Shown: positions 10,858 to 25,000 of the stretch, in pieces
Position numbering within the stretch: the stretch's first letter is position 1
Layout: each line of letters starts with the position of its first letter
Assembly (NCBI GenBank): GCA_973895155.1
Contig: OZ316896.1
Coordinates: forward strand, 9,497,525 to 9,561,524
Length of the DNA stretch: 64,000 nucleotides
Source of the DNA: Marsupella aquatica
Taxonomy: Eukaryota > Plantae > Marchantiophyta
Direction: 5' to 3'
The notes under the pieces: model-generated
The model's input: only the letters and a program-made list of their open reading frames with translations
The model's database searches: none
What the model was told of the DNA's origin: nothing
Program-made: the position numbers and the translations under genes

Positions 10858-13800
10858 ATGAGAACCCCAAGGGAGAGGCTGGAAGCTGATTGTGAGTGTC
10901 ATGCCCAAAATAAGGAAGCAATAAATGCAAGGCATCGGCAACAATATGCTTTGCGAAGACAGCAAGAGGGGGCTCTAGTCTATGCGGTGCCACAACCAAG
11001 TGTCACACCAACTGTGGGTTCTATGGTGCCAAAAATGTGCATTCCACCAAGTGCGACACTTTTGGCACCACAACAAAGTGATTCAGGTGCCATGCCAAGT
11101 GTGCCACTTGCCCACAGAGTTAGTGGTCGACAACTACGGCGCAAAGCAAGGGCGCCACGGCAAACTCCAACAACACCGTTGGTGAGACCATTGCTCTCCC
11201 TTGAGGGGGCAAGTTTAGGATCAACTTCGGCATCTGGCTGGGAAAATAGTGGAAGGGAGCTTTGCCGTGAAGCAAGGGCTACTCAACAAGCATTGGCCAG
11301 ATCCGTCGCTATCAATAATAGCCGAGAGGCAGCCCCAAGTGCAATTTCCAATCATGCGAGGATGCCTATGAGCGGTTCATCTGATCCTCCCATGTTCGAT
11401 GAAGGTTATTCATGGTGCCTTGGACGCATGTAGGGTTGACCAATCTCCGGAGGAATTTGCCATTCCCCCACCGTGTGAGCCCGTAACCAACACTGTGTCA
11501 CAACATGTAGATGTCTTTGACGAGGGAGGGCTCATTGATGGCGCTTTACAAGATGGGGTTGCCCCTTTGGCCGTCCCCATGCCCTGTGGATCCATACCAA
11601 ACAATGAACGGTCTGACCTTGACATCTTCGATGAAGATTGGCTCATTGATGGCGCTTTACAAGATGGGGTTGCCCCTTTGGCCGTCCCCATGCCCTGTGG
11701 ATCCATACCAAACAATGAACGGTCTGACCCTGACATCTTCGATGAAGATTGGCTCATTGATGGTGCTCTGCACGAGGGGGGAAATCCTATCCTTGATGAT
11801 GGAGGAGGTCAATTTGACACATTTGTTGAGGGCACCTTGGATTTACCAAACGAATCTGAGGAGGATGAGATTGAGAATATCCTCCAAGAGGAAATGGGAG
11901 GCAGAAACCTGGCACCAATTACCCCAGCTCAACTCAATCCAAATGACGTGTTGCGTGAGCATCAAAGACTGGAACAGATCCAACAGTTACCGAAGGCAAG
12001 ACAACCATTGGACCCTTCAATGGGTCGACATCTTTTGGGATGCATGAACATTGAGTGCCCACAATGCAAAGCGCTTCATTGGATTGAAGAGTGCAAGTCA
12101 GGGACGCAACGCAACCTGTTCTTTACCATGTGTTGCGCCGGAGGGAAGGTGGTATTGTCTGAACTTGGTGATCCCCCTGAACCTCTACAGAGTTTGTTGA
12201 TTGGTACCAATGCCGCAGCTATAGCAATCTGGAAGAATATTTGAGCTACAATAATGCATTGGCATCTACATCCCTAGGTGTTAAAATTGATAAAAGCTAG
12301 GGGTGGTAATCAAGGCCCATACTCCTTTCGTATCCAAGGAGCATTATATCATCATGCCTGTAACCTCTTGCCGCCTGATGGAGAAGGACCAAAATTTGCT
12401 CAGCTGTATATTTATGATATAGAAAATGAGTTGGGAAACAGGTAAATAAGTAATATGTGCTGCAACATTCTTGAAAGCAATTTCCTTTAATATTCTAAGT
12501 ATGTTTCCAGTAAGTTGTGTCTCATGGTTTTTTCTTGGGTTGTAGGATGAATAGGATGCCACAATTGGATCATGATGTGTTAGCTTCATTGCAAGACATG
12601 TTGCATACATACAATCCATATGTGGGGCTCTTCAAAAATGCAGGGAGCCGCATTGATGGCACTGAGGTGGCAGAGGTATCGCTACGTATTATAGCGGAGT
12701 GAGATATTGACCCTAGGCGCTATAATAAGCCCACAACTGATGAAATTGGCGTGATTATGGTGGGAGAGGAAGATATTGAAATACGTGGTAGGGACATAAT
12801 CCTAAGGAAGAGGAATGGTGGCCTACAAAGGATTTCCAAGTGGCATCGATCGTATGCTCCCCTTCATTATGTTTTGCTTTTTCCTGACAAACAGGATGGG
12901 TGGTCTTATGACATCCCATTGGCAGGCCATGAGTTCCAAGATGGAATTATTGTGGCTGTTGATGCAAAAGCGAGGGGTGGACGAAATGGTTCTAAGAAGG
13001 TAACCCAACTTCAGTACTATGTGTATAGGTTACATGCAAGGCGGGGAGATGATTGGTTGCTTCGTGGAGGATGATTGCTAAAGCAATACATTGTGGATGC
13101 TTACCGATGTATTGCTCAAACACGACTCACCTACATTCGTAATAATCAGAAGAAGCTAAGGACTGAGTTGTATCAAGGGCTACAAGATGCAATTCAAAAT
13201 GAGGACGCACGAGCAAGTGATGTGGGTAGGACCTATATTCTACCATCAACCTATGGAGGTAGTGCACGACATATGATGCAGGCCTATCAAGATGACATGG
13301 CGGTTGTTTGAACGTATGGGCCTCCAGACCTTTTCATAACTTTTACGTGTAATCCTGAATGGCCTGAAATCAAAGCGGAGTGCTACCCCTACCAGACCCC
13401 GGCTAACCGTGATAGCATTGTGGCAAGAGTGTTCCAAATTAAGTTGAAGGCACTGTTGGCAAACATTTGGGTAGGGGTATTAGGTAGACCTATTGCCTCT
13501 ATGTATGTCATCAAATTTCAAAAGAGGGGTCTCCCGCACGCCCACATACTGATAATATTGGTGGAACGACATAAGTTGTGCACCCCGGAGTTGGTTGACA
13601 AATTGGTTTTGGCAGAGATACCGGATGCACGAGTACATCCCCAATTATATCAAACGATTATGAAGTCCATGGTCCATGGTCCATGCGGTCGTGGGTATCC
13701 AAACTCACCTTGCATGGTTGACGGGCAGTGCAGCAAGGGCTATCCGCAATCATTTTCATCCAAAACAGTTTTTGGAGATGACGGGTATCCTACGTATCAA

Positions 13801-16293
13801 CGTCAGATGATGGCCGGAGTTTCTCAAAAGATCAAAGCAGATTTAAGTTTGACAACAAGTGGGTTGTTCCTCATAGTCCATATTTGAGCATGAGATTTAA
13901 CGATCATATCAATGTGGAGATTTGTTCTTCAATTAAAGCAATCAAGTATTTATATAAGTACTATTATTTAAAGGGCACAATAAAGCAACGGTGGAGGTTG
14001 AGCAACGAGACGAAGTAAAGGAGCATTTAGATGCCAGATATGTGTCTGCTACTTAAGGAGTATGGTGCATCAATCAGTTTGAAATATCTGAGAGTACTAC
14101 TCAAGTGCAAAGGTTGCAGGTGCATTGTGAGGGGGAACAATCAGTAATGTTCAATGAGGATTCTGAGATCAATGATGTGGTTCAACGAGAATCCCATAAG
14201 GACACAACCCTCACGGGGTGGTTCAAAGCTAACACATTACATGAACGTGTGAGACAACTTTTCTACAACAATTTCCCCAATGAGTTTGTGTCGGATGCAT
14301 CCTCCCGTGCATGAAACCCACGAAGAAGAGGGTTTAGCATGGGCAGGATGTATTTTGTGCCGCCAGCCGCAGGTGAACGGTACTATTTGAGGGCGCTTCT
14401 TCTTCACATCAAAGGTGCAACATTGTTCATCGACCTTCGCACATTTGAGGGCAATGTATACCCAACCTTGCAGGCCGCAGCTCTTGCCCGGGGTTTGTAT
14501 GAGAATGATGAGGAGTGGGATAGATGCCTTCAAGAAGCAGCAAGCATGCACACCGGTGCAAAAATTTGGTGACTATTTCACAATATTGTTGTTTGGAGGT
14601 GTTGCCAAACCGTGCGACCTGTGGACACAACATGCATCCAATTTGAGTGATGATTGTAGGTATTGTTTGCAATCAATGGGCTTCTTAGATTCTACGGAGC
14701 AGCAACAACAGAGCTTTGCTCTACATTTGATGGATGAGGCTTTGAAAAGTGTGGGTAAAACATTGTTGGAGTTTGGTCTTCCAGAACCAGGTATGGCATT
14801 TTTCCAAGAGGAAGAAAATATAAACCGGTTGAGAAGAGAGGACACTTTACCCAATGGATGTACTTCTACAACAACTTGTAGATCAGGAGCCATTGTTGAA
14901 CAAGGGTCAAAGGGCAATGTAAACTACAATACTTGCAGCGGTGAGGGCTTGAGATGGAGCGACATTCTTTATTGATGGACTGGGGGGGACAGGCAAAACA
15001 TTTGTGGAGAATGTTCTACTTTGGAGGGTCCGTGCAGATGGGGACATTGCATTGGCCGTAGCTTCCTCGGGTATTGCAAATCTTTTGTTAGATGGAGGCC
15101 GCACCGCACACTCAAGATTCAAACTACCATTGAAACCAATCTCAATGTCGACATGCGGCATCCAAAAACAATCTGACCTTGTTGGATTATTATAGAGGGC
15201 AACTTTTATTTTGTGGGATGAAGCACCCATGATCCATCGGCATGGAGTGGAGGTGTTGGATAGAACTTTACGCGACATACGAGATAACGATCAAATTTTT
15301 GGAGGGGTTGTAGTTGTATTTGCAGGTGATTTTTGACAAGTGCTTCTAGTGAAGGCAAGGGCAAGTCGTCCGGAGATTGTGGGGTCGTGTTTGAAGAAGT
15401 CTTGTGTGGAGTAGTATACGGACTTTGAAGCTAACTGAAAATATGCGGGCAAGAGGAACCAATGCATCTCCTGAATTTGGTAATGTTACATTTGCGGAGT
15501 GGCTACTACAATTGGGACATGATAAACTCCCAAAAGGAGGGCCTTCAAATAATCTTATATATATGACTTGCCCTGAGTCTATGGTGGTGGATGGAGGACG
15601 AGTGGAATCATTGATTCAGGCAATATACTTGACTCTTGCTAATGTGGACAATAGGTTCTTAAGTGAGAGAACTATCCTGGCGCCGACAAATGACGAGGCA
15701 CTAAAAATTAACGACTCTATCTTAGAAGGACTTCTTGGGGATTCAAGCAAGTTTTTTAGCATAGATCGTCCAGATCAGCTTGAAGGGGAGAATTTCTACC
15801 CTACGGAGTTCTTAAATACACTCACGCCAAGTGGTCTGCCGCCTCATAAGTTGGTACTGAAGGTTGGATGCCCTATCATTTTACTTAGGAATATAGATCA
15901 CTCTTTGGGGTTGTGTAATGGTACTCAACTAATTGTGAGAGCAATGAATTGTCGTGTCATTGAGGCACGTGTTCTCACAGGAAAACATGCAAGGACCCTT
16001 ACATTTATCCCACGGATTCCGTTGACGTCTGACGAGTCACTTCCTTTTTTATTACGTAGGGTCCAATTTCCCATTCGAGTGGCATATGCAATGACCACAA
16101 ACAAGGCTCAAGGTCAGACTTAGAACATGTAGGGTACGTTGCAGCTTTCAAAGCCTATATTTAGTCATGGACAGTTGTATGTAGCATTCTCAAGGGCAAC
16201 ATCACCTACAACTATAAAGGTTTTACTTTCAGATTCCGAGGAGGGTCAAGCAAAGTTGACAAAAAATGTTGTATATGATGAGGTTCTTTATTG
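10858..16293 (+). pseudogene. Helitron Rep/PIF1-helicase (RepHel), many stops and frameshifts
   Basis: CPQCKALHW..CC..GKV zinc motif; HUH motif FQKRGLPHAHILI; MVHGPCG; Walker A GLGGTGKTF (~14978-15003); GGRTAHSRFK; QFPIRVAYAMTTNKAQGQT. Probable GT-AG intron at ~12442-12545. Confidence 0.93.
11515..11765 (+). repeat. In-frame 111-bp tandem repeat (~2.2 units) in the RepHel N-terminal region
   Basis: Peptide LIDGALQDGVAPLAVPMPCGSIPNNERSDxDIFDEDW occurs twice and a third unit begins. Confidence 0.9.
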
Positions 16294-16404
16294 AGTGTCT
16301 AAATAAAGATTGTACATATCACTTTTGTACTAATCTCTTTGACTTTTTGCCTGAATAATAAGTTTGCAATGCACAACCATGTTTGCCTCGCCTCAAAATC
16401 TTAT

Positions 16405-16580
16405 GCTCACCTTGACATCTTGCTAACTTCGACATCTTGCCCTCACCTCCAAATCTTGCCCTCACCTTGACAACTTGCTCTCATCTTGACATCTTGCTCG
16501 CACGTCGACATCTTGCCCTCACCTCGACATCTTGCTCTCACCTCGACATCTTGCCCTCACCTCAACATCTTGCCCTCACT
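16405..16580 (+). repeat. Helitron subterminal ~19-bp minisatellite
   Basis: About 9 imperfect copies of GACATCTTGC(C/T)CTCACCTC directly before the 3' terminus. Confidence 0.9.
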
Positions 16581-16616
16581 TGAAGTCTTTCTTGCAACGC
16601 ACGAGCATGGGGCTAG

Positions 16617-18962
16617 TCACCTATAATACCTGAGATGATACCTACACTAATTCCCATGGGAATCCCAAAAAATGAAGATATATTAATTCAATATATGAAT
16701 ACTAGGACTGTATGGAATAGAAACAATATTCCCATGGATGATAACTTTGCCTTGTACATTTCCTAGAATATAACAAACATAACACCTGGTCACCCGAAAA
16801 CTATTATCAAAGCACGAGAGTGTTGAGATTGATCAAAATGGGAAAAGACAATTAATCCAAAACTTAATTCACTAATTAAATGCCAAGTATTTGGACCTAT
16901 TGTCCCCACACCACCAAACACCCACTTAACTGATAAGTGGACTTTTGTGAAAAGGAGAAATGTTCATGGCCAAGTTGCAAGATATAAAGCACCCCTTGCT
17001 ACAAAAGGATATACATAGATACCTGGGCGTGATTTTGATTTAACATACGCACCAGTTATGGATGCTATAACCTATAGATACCTAGTTGGCTTTTCCCTAT
17101 ATAGGACATAGGTTAATGATGCATCAGATGGATGTAGTAACTACATATTTATATGGATTGTTGGATACTACTATCTACATGAAAGCACCACCAGAATTAA
17201 TAAGGAGATAAACATATCATATTTAGGGCGAGCATAAAACAAAAGAAGACCCAACCACATCTACATCTCAACCCTTTACCACTAAAAGACCCCAGGAAGG
17301 GAAAATGGGCATGGACCTACAGTCCTTGAGGAATTATGGAGTGGACCTATTTTCCATCCTAAGAGTGGACCTATTGTCCCTCCAATATATAAATCCATGT
17401 TTTTGGCCAAGAATGGATATGTTGTCCAAATCATGAGATCTTTGTATTGACTAAAGCAAAGTGGAAGAATGTGGTATGAGAGGTTTAGAGATGAAATGTT
17501 AAACATGGGTTTTACTAATGAAGACATTGCTTCCTGTTTATTTATTAAAAAACATGATAAAAAAATTGTAATAATTGCCATCTATGTGGATGATATTGAC
17601 CTATTCGGGCATATAAACTTATTACAACACACTGTCAAGATATTAAAACTTGTGTTTGAAATGAAAGACATGCCAAACCCATTATTGTTTGGGTCTAAAA
17701 TTTGAACATTTACCCAATGGCATACTTGAACTACATCAAAGTACTTATACTACTGAGATCCTTAAACAATTTAATATGGATAAAGCACATCCACTTACTT
17801 CACCTATGGAAGTACGCTCACTTGATAGAGATAAAGACATATTCAGGAAGCAAAATAAAAATGAACCACTAATAGGTCCAAAGAAACCATGCATGTTTAT
17901 TTGCCAGAGGAATATTGATGTTCCTAGCTAACCAGACACGACCTTTAACATATCATTTGCTGTAAATTTACTAGCTAGACACAGTGCACAACCCACCATA
18001 CACCATTGGAACGACATAAAAAGAATACTTTGTTACCTTAAAGGAACCATTGACATGTAACTATATTTCCCTAATAATATTGATCAAACTTTGACAAGTT
18101 ATACGAATGTTGGATATTTATCAAATCCAGACGACCCTAAATCACAAACTGGTTATATATTCTTATATAACAGCACAACTATTTCATGGAAAAACACTAA
18201 ACAAACAATAACCTGTACTTCCTCTAATCATGCCAATATTATTGCCTTATATGAAGCTACCAGAGAATGCATTTGGTTGAGAAGAATAATTGATCATATT
18301 AACACAAAATGTGGCTTACCAGCTCTAACTCAACCTACTGTATTATTCCAAAACAATCTGAAAGCATGTGTTGAATAGGTGTCAAAAAGATTCATTAAAG
18401 GAGACCGCATCAAGCACATTGCACACAAATTTTTCTTCACCCATGAACTACAAGGCAATACTATTCTTCACTATTCTTCACTTAAATAGTATTCGAATAC
18501 TATGCTGACAAGAACAACCATGCGGATTTGTTTACAAAAGCTTTGATTCCAACAATACATCAAATTCATTGTCAAGGCATTGGTTTACGAAGAGTATCTA
18601 AACTTAGAGATTCAAGTCTATAGTACGTAACCCTTGATAGTCATACATTTTGTACTCCTATATTTGTAAAGGTGGTTGTACTCTTTCCCTCGCAAGAGTA
18701 TGAAAGGGTTTTAATAAGGCAACACTACATAAGAACAAAGTACAAAACTTAAGGTTTTTGTCAAAGATTTTAAACTAGCATATAGTTGCTTACATTATTC
18801 CCCATAATACAATCAAGGGGGAGTCCCGGGGGGAGTGTTAAGATATACTAGTTTACTCAAGGTTAACTTAACCTTGGTTCTAGACATCTTTGTACTTTAC
18901 CACATACTTACACATATATATACCCAGGGAGAAGTCGAGACAGTTGTTGTTTTTCCTCAACA
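16617..18962 (+). mobile_element. Bianca-like copia copy B: 3' half (RT, RNaseH, PPT, 127-bp LTR 18836-18962), heavily degenerate
   Basis: YVDDI, HPLTSPMEVRSLD, ISWKNTKQT motifs. PPT GGGGGAG|TGTTAAG...CTCAACA. Colinear with 58908-61115. Confidence 0.9.
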
Positions 18963-19029
18963 GTTTCACCATTTTATTCCATGGAGTCATTCAAACGTAC
19001 ATATAGTGGTAGCATTCTGCTATATTGAA

Positions 19030-19592
19030 ACATGATTTGCAACTAGATTCATGGTGCGGTCCACCTTTGAAGAAGCGGAAGCGAGGCAGTCCCACTGAGA
19101 AACCAAGGCTCAGATTTCCAGAAGAGGATGGAGTCCACTTGCCCAGGATGAGGTATTTACAAACGACAGGAAACAAAAACCGGTAACAGAAAAATGGGTG
19201 GTAATTTTTTCCGGAATTTTTTTGAAAATGTGTTTGAAAATTATTTTTTTGAGAAAAAGTTGGTTTTTTTTGTCAACAACATTTTCTTGCTAGCACCCGG
19301 TGCTGGTAATAGCAGCGCCTTGAAGCTAGCCAAAAATTGTTATACTATTTTTTTTTTGGAAAATGAGACTTTTTAGGAGATATTTTTAGATTATCATTTT
19401 TCTTGGTAACGATACTTTTTGCTAGTAACAGAATTTTTTTGCTGGTAACAATAAACCTGTTTCCTATTTCCTGTCACGCATGCCATACCCACCAGGACCT
19501 GTGGGTTTTGCAAGCAAAGGGGCCATGACAAGCAAACTTGCCAGGTTAGGAAAGACCACCTTACAAGAGGACAAGAGAATGACACAACATAA
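19030..19592 (+). pseudogene. C-terminal remnant of a MULE/MuDR-type transposase, split by a MITE
   Basis: Removing 19150-19490 and one TSD copy restores ...PPLKKRKRGSPTEKPRLRFPEEDGVHLPRTCGFCKQRGHDKQTC, the basic patch plus CX2CX3GHX4C knuckle typical of MuDRA C-termini. Confidence 0.65.
19150..19490. mobile_element. ~340-bp MITE with imperfect TIRs
   Basis: Left end GAGGTAT..GACAGGAAAC; right end TTTCCTGTC..ATACCC. Degenerate 8-bp TSD CCCAGGAT/ACCAGGAC. An inverted copy of the left end lies at ~20785-20838. Confidence 0.6.
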
Positions 19593-20559
19593 ATTTGTAG
19601 TACTTACAAGATGGAGTCAATTCACTGATGAGAACCAGTCAGAGTGACAACATTGTAGATATAACTCTTCTTTAACTTGCCCATCTTTAACTTGCCCTTT
19701 TAAAATGGGTTCGTTCAGTGCCCTTCTAGCAAGTTGTTTTGAAGGGTTTAGTTTAAAGCTATAGACATAGTTTCATTGATATAGAATGTTCAGACCTGTA
19801 GTTTTGAGGCCCCTTTTTGATATGTATTGCACACAAGTTTTGGCATTTATTACAAACATAAACATTGTCTTCCCTTGGCACGTGGTATTTGCTTCTTTGT
19901 GAGCTCATATATATGGGTCTTACACAATGTGTTTTTCATAATTGTCTCCTGCATGGATGATGTTCAATGACTGAGTTTGTCAAAATTTTGAATTATGGAA
20001 ACCTCGTGGGCAACCTCAATCTACAACTCAACTGTATACAAAAACAAAGGGTGTTGTGCGCACCCTTTTCTGCCCCAACTGGTTGGAGAGGAAAGTACAG
20101 ATTGAAGTAAGAATTATCAATAGAGAAACAGGGGACACAAACTGGTTACTTTGAAGCCAGGCCAGCTTTGATCAATGAAGTACATTTTAATTTTTGCCCT
20201 TTATGTTCAATGCAGACATTGATTTTCCCAACTTGGTGATAGCATAACAGACAATAGACAAAACAAACTGTAAATCCTATGTATACGAACCAGGGGACTA
20301 TCAGGCTGTTGATTTCAAGTAACCACAAAGAGTTTGTCATATTGAAGTGTAGCCAATTATATTGAAGCCATTTACGAAGAAGCCATTTATGCATTCAGAC
20401 AGACATTTATACACTGGCACATTATGCCAACATTGTGAATAATACACAAAAAGCCATTTGTGAAGGCTTCATTAAAGCACACCAATAGAGAGTACATTGC
20501 AATACTTGTGTGTCCTTGAAACCAAATAAGCAAGTGTCATATATACCAAAAGTCTGGCT

Positions 20560-20945
20560 TACAACTAGGATGATCTCTAGAAAAACAATCAGGTGCAAGA
20601 CAAATATGTAATTCTTATAGCCAACGTTTGGCTCAAAAGTGAGATCCCTCAGAAGTGTAGAACCTACTTGTCATACACCTTAAAGCTGCCTGGTTGATCA
20701 TGGAAGTCATGCAATCATAAAGTTGTTGAAACAAAAAAATTATTATTAAAACAAAATAAAAATAAATTACCATTCATTTTCTTGTTACCAATTTTTTTCC
20801 TGTTACCGTTGTTGTTTCCCATTGTTTGTAAATACCTCTATTCAAGACCACCCGAGTAGACAATACAAGCTTCCATTTACATTTTGGATTGGCAAGGACA
20901 CAAAAATGTAATCTTTTTGTATGTAATCTTTCGTAGCTTTTGAAC
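20560..20945 (-). pseudogene. Possible Ulp1/C48 peptidase relic (MULE-associated)
   Basis: After a splice acceptor it reads KDYIQKDYIFV..., with FKVYD in a further fragment. The catalytic residues are not recognisable. Confidence 0.25.
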
Positions 20946-23900
20946 TGAAACAAGAAACAAAACAACAAGATTCAATCATATTGGACAATGGAACCCTGGA
21001 AAAAAAAGCACACCAAAATAATGGGTAAGAAGATTGCCACACTTAACACTGCAAAATGCAAAGAATGATGCACATCAATCAAAAATATCCTGTCCACAAA
21101 ATCAATTCAAATGAACAATGTTGATTGAATTAATTCAGTAGTTGAATTGTGAGCAAATCTTTCCCACGATGGCCTGAAGGCAGGTTCAATCCGTTTTGCA
21201 GTGATCCAACTTTCTCGGTCACTGGATTGTAAACTTTCATCTTTGCAATCTTGCCTCACAGAATCAAGGATGCAACTGCCATTTTTTAGTAGAAAGTTCA
21301 CGTGACCTGAACACAAAATAATGCCACAATTAACCCAGGTTCAACAATAGCTGAGCGCCCTGTTTTGTGCCACTGTACTGATGGGAATGACATTCAGAAT
21401 TGAAGGGATAACCAACTAATTGGAACTACATTCCGAAATAAAGGGAAACAGTAAAATTGAACCCTATAGCAGTCATCCAAAGATAAGATACAATGACTAA
21501 GTATGCTGAAATTTCCTACAGTCCCAACAATGTTGTGTCAATGTCTAGATGGAGGATCTGCAACGTCCCGACAATGTTGCACCTTAGCTTGGATGGAGGT
21601 GTTGCACGTACAGTGCTGACAATGCAACGTCAATGCCTGGATCTTGATGTTGCCTGGATCTTGATGCTTGCCATCTATGACCAATGAATGCACAAAGAGC
21701 CAAAGGATCAAAGTTATTCAATGCCTCCAAGTCAATCACTGAAAGAGCAAACCTTTGTGTAGTTTTTGAGTGTGATAGGAGAACAAAAACCGCAACAAGA
21801 GAGTTAATTTTGGCTGCATTGGACTAGTTTTGCTATAGCAAATGAATACAAAGGACTCTAAAATACTGCCAAAAGGTAATGGGTGGGAAAGAATTGTTTG
21901 GGAAAGGTGAAGGATCATTCTGGAAATGTCCAAAGAAAACAATGTGATTCGGTCGACACGACACCAAGTCCTTCTAGTTTACATTGCAATGAAGTCAATC
22001 TATAAACACTGTGAACTAAGTAACACAATGATGAGCTTAACTTGTTCACGTACCTCGCCTGCGCCCGTGCTGGTTCTTCTCCAAATCTCACCTTTGACAC
22101 CCTACCGAGCTCACCTTTGATTGCACAAGGCGCAGCTCATTGACTCATAGCTCATCGACAATGATCACATGCACTTTCCCGCAAAATAGTGTTGCTGCCT
22201 GTTTGTTGGAGAGCAAACACAGTAGTTTCTGACTAGCATGGTTACAAAGAGTCAGTGGACAGAATACAAAAACCTTGGTTTCAATCAGGTTATGTGAATA
22301 CAAAAACCATGGCAATGTTGTAATAAGCCACATCTTTAGTGGCAATGTAGTTAAAAACTAAATTTAATTATTGGCTGAACCGTTTGTGGTGGGGGCCCAA
22401 AATTGCCTCCAAAGTTACTTCTCCTCCCTCCAACACTCTTTAACTTATTGTCTGCCTTTACACATATTGCACACACTATAGACTGTAATATTGTTATAAC
22501 CCTAGTAGACTTAACCATGGTTACATAAACCATGATACATGTAACAATGAGACACATATATAACCCTAAGCAGTTGATTCTCAACTGCCTAAGGATTCAT
22601 TCTATTCTAACATGCTGTAACACAAGAGCTTAGACTAGTGGAGAACGTACATTGAGGAGGATTGGAGAATTTTTGCATCATTGCTCAGAATTTGTTGACA
22701 TGTTAAGAACTCTCATGACTATCAAAGATTTTTGCCCCATAAATATGAAACTAGAAAGATTTGACTAGAGATTAGAGATAGACTTGCATCAACATGCTCT
22801 TTGACATCTCTCCCCAACAACAAACCCCGTCATGATCCGTCACTGGATCCAATTTCACCATTCAAATTACCACGCAAGGTAAACTCTACTTCCTGCCTTG
22901 TGTTTATTTGAGTACTGCGTCTCCAAGAACTCTCAACTTGATGGCAAGGGGAGGCTATCAAAGAAAATAATGCATTTCCTCAATTTACATATTGTAGACT
23001 TCCATGGTCATGGAGGACACAAACTGTGTCGAAGACAAGTTTATAATGTATCACCTTTTCTGGAGACTCAACCAAAATTGGTCTATTTTCCTTTCACATG
23101 TGAAGATGTTGCGCTAGGAATTTTCAATGAGGTTCTATGCTGTCCAAATTGACAATTGCAAGAGCATAGGACTAAAAGAAGGATCTGAAGATCAACAACC
23201 AGCAAAAGCAATCGAGGAGCAGTGGAGTTAGAGAAGCTAGAGTCATCCATAAAGAAACACAAATTTTCAGCATGACCACATGCCTATTGGAAACAAGTGA
23301 AGAAGATTCTGGAAGCAAAAGGAGAGTAGGATCGAGGCACCAGAATTGACAATTGGTGGCACCTTCATTGATTTGAGAACACACCGTTGAACAAGGGAGA
23401 TCCCAATGACCACCAAATCTACCTCACAAAATTTTCTCCAACCGCACACTTGGAACATCCGACGTCACAAACGTCAACAAAACAACGAGGAAAAGTAATA
23501 AGTGTAAACCCTTTTCAAGTGCAAACCTTAACAAAGCACATTCTCGTTTACAAAGAAAAGTGTGCACTTATCCAGGGAATACAATACTGAACACAAAACA
23601 CAATACATTGAATGCCCCTCATCAATGCTTTATTCTCACCCTTGTCTTTATTTTATTTTAATTTCTTTTTATTCTTGCTTATCTCCCCTTGGCTGAAAAG
23701 GGTTACATGGAAAAGGAAGAACTGTTTAGAAGTGGCTAAATAAGAGCATCTTTGAAGGGACTTTTGTGTTTCTATTTCTTCTTCTTCCTGTCTAATTAGG
23801 AGAAAGGATGGAATGGAACACATGGATGATCCCTTTTAGAAGAAAGGATGGACATGGAATATCTCTTTTAGATAATTTTCTTTGTTTGAGGGTGGGCTAT

Positions 23901-24879
23901 AGAGGATTAAGGGTATCTTAAAGGAGGGGAGGAATAAAAAGACAAAAAAAATGACATTATGATTCTTTGTTCAGGATAGAGTATTAAGGTTACCTTAAGG
24001 GGGGGGGAGGGATAAAAGGGTAAATGACATGTTTTTAATTGTTGAGATATATACTCTTTGCATTAGTTACGGACTTCCATTAATTAGGGGTCTCTTGCAA
24101 ATTTCTTGGCACGAGGAGATGCCACATCAACATAGATAAAGACAAATAGGACACAACTGTTTTGCAGAAAAAAATATTGCCCAAATCCTGTTTTTGGCAA
24201 ATTTTGTGTAATAACTAGGTCACCATGCATTAAAACCTAAAAGTAAACCAAATACAAAAGTAAAGGTCAATTGTTTCTAAACACTAAGTAACTGTTTTAG
24301 TTATCTTTTCTACTTATTAAAAAGATACTTAGATAAATCTTCAATATTGATAACAATCAAAATGGCTGCCAAAAGTGTTTGGCACAATATTTAACTCTGA
24401 AGTTTGAGATTCTCACCAACTTGCACGACGGGGACTAGATTGAGATTGTTTGATCATTGCCTCAAAATTGAATCAAGGAGGCTTTTGTTTGATTTGATTT
24501 GGTTTAATTGGTTTGGTTTGCCCGATTGCAATGCCTGAAGAGGGAGAGGACCAACTTCTTCTGGAATTTCTTTTGTTGGTAGTTGTGGAGGATGAAGGAA
24601 CATTCAATTGTCGAGCAGGCCTTGGGACATCACTAACTACGATACTGTTTCTCATCGTGTCTTTTTTCTCCTCGACCTTGCCTGGATCAGTTTCATTCAT
24701 TTGAAGGAGGTTTGGAGTTTCAGTGAATTCCGTGAGGTCTTCAGCCCAGACCGTTTGTGACCTTACACGGTGGAGGGAAACCATATATATTGAGTAGTTC
24801 TACATGTTGTAGGTGTCAAGGAGCCTGTGGTCTTATTTAGTTGCTCTAGTGCAGACACTTATTCATTTGAAGGCTTGAG

Positions 24880-25000
24880 GGAGAGAACAATCATCAATTG
24901 TAAGAAATATTGGGATGATGCACATCTTCATTCCTCGCTTTCCACAGTTGCACTGCACCTCAATCCTCTAATGGTGCATTGATAGTCTGTGTTATAAATT
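24880..25000 (-). pseudogene. Possible degenerate SWIM zinc finger (MULE transposase relic)
   Basis: The minus strand reads VQCNCGKRGMKMC; the surrounding frame is broken. Confidence 0.2.

Larger units (their letters stand above)
8759..16616 (+). mobile_element. Helitron (degenerate autonomous type)
   Basis: RepHel motifs inside. 3' end TGCAACGCACGAGCATGGGGCTAG|T with CTAG at 16613-16616. The left side starts CTATAATAAT, resembling a TCTATA-type 5' terminus cut by copy A. Confidence 0.9.

Noticed and set aside
19150-20838. One 1.7-kb element bounded by GAGGTATTTACAAAC inverted repeats
   Set aside because: There is no TSD for this pairing. The left end pairs better with 19490, where a TSD exists and the host frame is restored.
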